Below are positions 59,791 to 64,000 of a stretch of 64,000 nt of DNA, piece after piece. Positions within the stretch are counted from its first letter, which is position 1. Each line of letters starts with the position of its first letter. Position numbers and translations under genes: made by a program. This DNA is from an uncultured Verrucomicrobiae bacterium (GTDB taxonomy: Bacteria > Verrucomicrobiota > Verrucomicrobiia > Limisphaerales > Palsa-1400): positions 1,600,001 through 1,664,000 of the forward strand of contig OY969763.1 in NCBI GenBank assembly GCA_963702845.1, written 5' to 3'. The notes under the pieces were generated by a model, which saw only the letters and a list, made by a program, of their open reading frames with translations, did not search any database and was not told the DNA's origin.

Positions 59791-60978
59791 ATGAAGATTC
59801 TTGTCGCCAATCTCGGTTCTACTTCGCTGAAATATCGGCTCTTCGATTTTTCAGGCGGCAAGGAAGAACTGTTGACGCGCGGCGGTTATGAGCGCGTGGC
59901 GGATTACGCGCAAACGATTGACGGTTGTCTCGCAGACCTGAAGAACGGCGGGTTCATTAAGGACGACAGCGACCTCGCTGCCGTCGGTTTCAAAACGATC
60001 ATGGCGCACGACGTCAATGGTTGTGTGCGGCTCGATGAAAAAACCGTCCAGGCGATGGAGTTCTACAACAACGTCGCCCCTGCGCACAATCCGCCTTACA
60101 TCACTGGCATTCGCCTGTTTGCCAAACGCATGCCGAAGATGCCGCTCGTCGGCTTGTTTGAAACAGCGTTTTACCAATGGGCGCCCGAAGCCGCAATGCG
60201 CTACGCCGTGCCCGATGCATGGCACAAAGCGGGCGTGCGACGCTGGGGCTTCCACGGCGCGAGTCACAAATTCATTGCTGAACGCAGTGCCGAAATGCTC
60301 TGCCGCGACGACGTTGCGGAACGCGCGCGGCAACTCTATGTGGACGGCGGAACGAGCCCAGTGCGCAAACCAAATTTGCGCGTCATCTCCTGTCACCTGG
60401 GCGGAAGTTCTTCCATCACTGGAATTCTCAACGGCGTCGCGATCGGCAACAGCATGGGTTTGAGCCCGCAATCCGGTTTGCCGCACAACAATCGGGTCGG
60501 TGATCTCGATTCCTTCGCGCTTCCATTTTTAATGCGTTCCACCGGGCTGACACTCGATGAGGCTGAACGTCTCATGTGCAAAGAGTCAGGCCTGAAAGCC
60601 TTGTCCGGTGGCGCAAATGATCTTCGCGATATTTCCGCGAAAGCAGAGCAGGGGGACGCGCGAGCTCAACTCGCTCTTGATGTGTTGGTGCATCAAGCGC
60701 GGCATTGGATTGGCGCGTATTACCTGCAATTGAACGGGCTCGACGCTTTGGTTTTCACAGCGGGAATCGGCGAAAATCAGCCGGGTTTGCGCGATGCCGT
60801 CTGCAAAGATCTCGATCAACTCGGAATCGTTCTTGATCCGAAGCTCAGCAGAGAAGCCGGCGCGCAAGAGAGCGTTATCAGCGCCGCAGATTCACGTGTG
60901 AAAGTGATGATCATTCCGACAAACGAGGAATTGGTCGTAGCGCGTGAAGTAAAACGATTTTTAGATAAACAGAATTAG
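59791..60978 (+). CDS. ackA: Acetate/propionate-kinase family protein (BMC-associated)
   Basis: ILVANLGSTSLKY, APAHNP, WGFHGASH, CHLGG, FTAGIGEN and IPTNEE. Confidence 0.93.
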   Translation: MKILVANLGSTSLKYRLFDFSGGKEELLTRGGYERVADYAQTIDGCLADLKNGGFIKDDSDLAAVGFKTIMAHDVNGCVRLDEKTVQAMEFYNNVAPAHNPPYITGIRLFAKRMPKMPLVGLFETAFYQWAPEAAMRYAVPDAWHKAGVRRWGFHGASHKFIAERSAEMLCRDDVAERARQLYVDGGTSPVRKPNLRVISCHLGGSSSITGILNGVAIGNSMGLSPQSGLPHNNRVGDLDSFALPFLMRSTGLTLDEAERLMCKESGLKALSGGANDLRDISAKAEQGDARAQLALDVLVHQARHWIGAYYLQLNGLDALVFTAGIGENQPGLRDAVCKDLDQLGIVLDPKLSREAGAQESVISAADSRVKVMIIPTNEELVVAREVKRFLDKQN

Positions 60979-60998
60979 CAATTAACGAAAGAAAACAT

Positions 60999-61292
60999 AT
61001 GCCACCACAAGCAATCGGTATGATCGAAACCCGCGGTCTCGTCTCGCTCGTCGAAGCGACCGACGCCATGCTCAAAGCCGCCAATGTCGAATTGGCCGGC
61101 CCCATGCAATCAGTCGGCAACGCGCTCGTCACGGCCGTGGTCGTTGGCGATGTCGCTGCTGTTAAAGCTGCGACTGATGCCGGCGCACAAGCTATCAAAG
61201 CCAACAAAGGCGAATTGGTTAGCGTGCACGTGATCGCGCGTCCGCATGGCGACGTTGAAGCCGTCTTGCCGCGCAAACCTCAAGCTAAGTAA
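60999..61292 (+). CDS. BMC-H shell protein
   Basis: [38 protein letters not shown]. Confidence 0.96.
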   Translation: MPPQAIGMIETRGLVSLVEATDAMLKAANVELAGPMQSVGNALVTAVVVGDVAAVKAATDAGAQAIKANKGELVSVHVIARPHGDVEAVLPRKPQAK

Positions 61293-61293
61293 T

Positions 61294-61605
61294 ATGTTCC
61301 TCGCACGCGTCGAGGGCTCAGTCGTCGCGACAAAGAAGGATCCTTCGATGTCGGGACGCAAGCTGTTGGTTTTGCGACCGCAGCTCGTTGACGAAAAGGA
61401 CCCGAGCAAATTCCGTCCGGGATCGAACACGATAATCGCCGTCGACAGTGTTGGCGCAGGTATCGGCGAACTCGTTTTGTTTTGCCAGGGCAGTTCCGCA
61501 CGCCTCGCGGCGAATTTGAAAGAAGCACCAGTCGACGCCGTCATCATCGGAATCGTTGATGCTGTTGATGTGCTCGGAAAAGAAATTTACAACGCACGAA
61601 CTTAA
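61294..61605 (+). CDS. eutN: BMC-P vertex protein (EutN/CcmL family)
   Basis: MFLARVEGSVVATKK..AVDSVGAGIGE..GSSAR..PVDAVIIGIVD. Confidence 0.95.
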   Translation: MFLARVEGSVVATKKDPSMSGRKLLVLRPQLVDEKDPSKFRPGSNTIIAVDSVGAGIGELVLFCQGSSARLAANLKEAPVDAVIIGIVDAVDVLGKEIYNART

Positions 61606-61612
61606 TTGAGTT

Positions 61613-63115
61613 ATGGCAGCGACAATGAATGAACAATTAATCCGCGACGTCGTTGCGGATGTGCTGAGCCGAATCGGCGCCCCTGCGCCTGTCGTGGCAC
61701 CCGTGCCTGCGCCAGCCGCGAAAGCGGATTGCGGATGTCACAATAAGAACAACGGCAACGGTGCCGCCATTTCGCGCGGTGGACAACATGGAGTTTTCCA
61801 AACCGCCGCCGAAGCATGCGAAGCCGCCGCGGCATCATTTGTGAAATTGCAACAAGGCGGTGTTGCCGCACGCCGCAAGGTTATCGACGTCGTCAAAACG
61901 ATGTGCGACGCCAATGCCGCGGAGTGGGGCCGCATCGAACTTGAAGAAACCAAGATCGGACGTCTCGATCATAAGATCGAAAAGCTGCAGGGCATCAAGA
62001 ACGTTCCGGGTATCGAATGGTTACAGCCGAGAGGATTTAGCGGCGATCACGGCATTAGTCTGGAAGAATTTACTCCGTTTGGCGTGGTGGGAGCCGTGAC
62101 GCCATCAACGCACTCCATTCCTACGCTCGCGTGCAATGTCGTCAACATGGTTGCTGCGGGTAACTCCGTCGTATTCAATGCGCATCCGAACGCTTCAAAA
62201 TGCGCCGCGATGGCGGTTCGCGAATTCAATAAAGCAATTCAGCGTGAAACCGGAATCGACAACGTTTTTTGCATCATCGAGCAGCCTACTTTTGATTCAT
62301 TCAAAGAGATGTGCGCGCACGAAGCCGTCCGCTTGCTATGCGTCACCGGCGGTCCTGCTGTGGTGAAAGCTGCCATGCAAACCGGTAAGCGCGCGATTTG
62401 CGCCGGCCCTGGTAATCCTCCTGTATTCGTTGACGACACGCCGTGCATGAAGCGCGCAGCGACCTCGATCATCAAAGGAGCAGCTTACGACAACAACTTG
62501 CTGTGCATCGGCGAAAAAGAAGTCTTCGCGCTCGACAAGATCGCGGACGAACTCATGGGGCAGATGGAGAAGAATGGCGCTGTTCGCCTGAACGCGTCGC
62601 AACTCGATGCGCTCACCAAAGCAGCATTCACATTCAAACCCGGTCACGGTGGCGGCTGCGCTGAACCGAGCGTGAATAGAGATTTCATCGGCAAAGATCC
62701 ATCGGTGTTAGCGAAAGCCGCTGGAATTAATTTGCCGGCTGGCACTCAACTCTTGTTCGCAGAAACCGACGCAAAACATCCGTTTGTCGTCGAAGAGCAA
62801 ATGATGCCGTTCATTCCAGTCGTTCGCGTCAAGAGCGTCGAAGATGGAATCGAAGCTTCGAAAGCTGCTGAACACAATTACAAGCACACCGCGATCATCC
62901 ACTCGCACGATATTGAAAATATCACCGCGATGGGACGCGCGTTGGACACGACTTTATACGTCAAAAATGGCCCATGCATGGCTGGTCTGGGCGCAGGTGG
63001 CGAAGGTTACCTGAGCTTCTCCATCGCCACGCCAACCGGTGAAGGCGTGACGAACCCCGGAACATTCACCCGCGTCCGCCGCTGCATCATGGTCGACAAT
63101 TTGAGGATTTACTAA
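61613..63115 (+). CDS. CoA-acylating aldehyde dehydrogenase (EutE/PduP-like) with an N-terminal encapsulation peptide
   Basis: NEQLIRDVVADVLSRI helix, PFGVVGAVTPST, TGGPAVV, AGPGNPP, LCIGEKE and IATPTGEG. Confidence 0.94.
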   Translation: MAATMNEQLIRDVVADVLSRIGAPAPVVAPVPAPAAKADCGCHNKNNGNGAAISRGGQHGVFQTAAEACEAAAASFVKLQQGGVAARRKVIDVVKTMCDANAAEWGRIELEETKIGRLDHKIEKLQGIKNVPGIEWLQPRGFSGDHGISLEEFTPFGVVGAVTPSTHSIPTLACNVVNMVAAGNSVVFNAHPNASKCAAMAVREFNKAIQRETGIDNVFCIIEQPTFDSFKEMCAHEAVRLLCVTGGPAVVKAAMQTGKRAICAGPGNPPVFVDDTPCMKRAATSIIKGAAYDNNLLCIGEKEVFALDKIADELMGQMEKNGAVRLNASQLDALTKAAFTFKPGHGGGCAEPSVNRDFIGKDPSVLAKAAGINLPAGTQLLFAETDAKHPFVVEEQMMPFIPVVRVKSVEDGIEASKAAEHNYKHTAIIHSHDIENITAMGRALDTTLYVKNGPCMAGLGAGGEGYLSFSIATPTGEGVTNPGTFTRVRRCIMVDNLRIY

Positions 63116-63394
63116 ATGTTACTCGCTCGCGTCGAAGGCAATTTGATTGCGACTCGGAAACATCCGAGCTTCGAAGGCTGGCGTTTAGTCATTTGTCAGC
63201 CCATCGATCTGACCGGCAAGCCCGAAGGCGTGCCGCAAATTGCTATCGACGCACACGGTGCGGGCATGCATCAGCAGGTGGTGATTTCGTCTGACGGTTC
63301 GGCAGCGCGCAATGCTGTCGGCGACCCCAAAAGCCCAGTCCGCTGGATGGTAGTCGGAATCGTCGACGAAAAAGAACCGGGGGTGGCCGTATGA
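63116..63394 (+). CDS. eutN: BMC-P vertex protein (EutN/CcmL family)
   Basis: MLLARVEG..ATRKH..AIDAHGAG..SDGSAAR..VGIVD. Confidence 0.93.
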   Translation: MLLARVEGNLIATRKHPSFEGWRLVICQPIDLTGKPEGVPQIAIDAHGAGMHQQVVISSDGSAARNAVGDPKSPVRWMVVGIVDEKEPGVAV

Positions 63395-63651
63395 CCCTCG
63401 CAAGCGGCTTTCTTAATATGAACCCGATTTCGCTAAGAAGCGTTTCCATTTGCTCCTCCTTAAACTGCGGCGTGATGAAGTATAGAGCTTTATTGAACAA
63501 CTTGGGAAAAATGGCGAGTGCGACCCACTGCGACTGGGGTGCGACTACAATTGAATTTGTCGCACCCAGTAACACCCAGTCGCACCTAGTCGCGCCCAGT
63601 CGCAGTAGTTTTTTTTCGCTTTTTTTCGCGGCAATTGGAGGTGCGTCATGA
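63391..63651 (+). CDS. Doubtful 86-aa ORF containing 10-bp repeats
   Basis: ATGA overlaps at both ends suggest translational coupling, but the composition is atypical. Confidence 0.35.
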   Translation: MTLASGFLNMNPISLRSVSICSSLNCGVMKYRALLNNLGKMASATHCDWGATTIEFVAPSNTQSHLVAPSRSSFFSLFFAAIGGAS

Positions 63652-63950
63652 GACTCGGTGCTGTCATAGGTCGCGTAACTTTAAGCAAGACCGTGGACGA
63701 ACTCCGCGGCGCTCGCTGGCTCATCGTCAGCCCATTCACGCACGAACATTTTCAACAGGGCGAAAACACGCCAGTCGGCTTGAGCAAGGATCCAAGCCTG
63801 GTCATTTACGATGACCTCGGCGGCGGTGTGGGCCAGACCGTGGGTTTCGTGGAAGGCCGCGAAGCTGCCCAACCATTCGATAAACCAACTCCTATCGACG
63901 CGATCAATGCCGCGTTGGTGGACAACATTTTCTACTCACCGTTTAAATGA
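63648..63950 (+). CDS. eutN: BMC-P vertex protein (EutN/CcmL family, divergent)
   Basis: GGAGG RBS, MRLGAVIGRVTLS..YDDLGGG.G..EGREAAQPF..PIDA. Confidence 0.88.
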   Translation: MRLGAVIGRVTLSKTVDELRGARWLIVSPFTHEHFQQGENTPVGLSKDPSLVIYDDLGGGVGQTVGFVEGREAAQPFDKPTPIDAINAALVDNIFYSPFK

Positions 63951-64000
63951 AACAAATTATCAGCGTTAAGGACTTAGAAGAGATGTCGCGCAACGGAGGT
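63947..64000 (+). CDS. Next BMC-locus gene, N-terminus only (MKQIISVKDLEEMSRNGG...)
   Basis: ATGA overlap with the previous stop; open to the window edge. Confidence 0.65.
   Translation, partial: MKQIISVKDLEEMSRNGG

Noticed and set aside
1..64000. CRISPR array, tRNA, rRNA or prophage genes
   Set aside because: No repeat-spacer array, cloverleaf, rRNA-like stretch or phage hallmark ORF was recognised by eye.

Overview
Bacterial chromosomal segment, most likely from a Verrucomicrobiota (Pedosphaera-like) genome or metagenome assembly. That inference rests on the PV-type microcompartment locus, a secreted protein ending in RFYRV and the style of the intergenic palindromes. The left end (1-2150) is mobile DNA. 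An IS110-family element with a nonsense-interrupted transposase carries a ~225-nt structured 3' non-coding region (candidate bridge/seek RNA). It appears to be inserted into the attC site of an integron-type cassette, and no integrase is visible in the window. The middle is a mosaic: a WxxC redoxin, a ComEC-like MBL, GspE, GH2, a CheR/histidine kinase/response regulator trio, split LigD, YmdB, TonB-ExbB-pheT, GntP, Ggt, DinB, an Lgt homologue preceded by an unannotated 55-aa CxC-repeat peptide, an EF-G paralogue, an S1/P1 nuclease, methyl/sulfotransferases, a sulfatase, an MFS transporter, an RND pump and GcvT. The right end (57607-64000) is the start of a Planctomycetes/Verrucomicrobia bacterial microcompartment locus. 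Six genes, including essential pheT, carry single-base frameshifts at short base runs, which most likely reflect assembly errors. All calls come from motif recognition by eye; no database searches were run.
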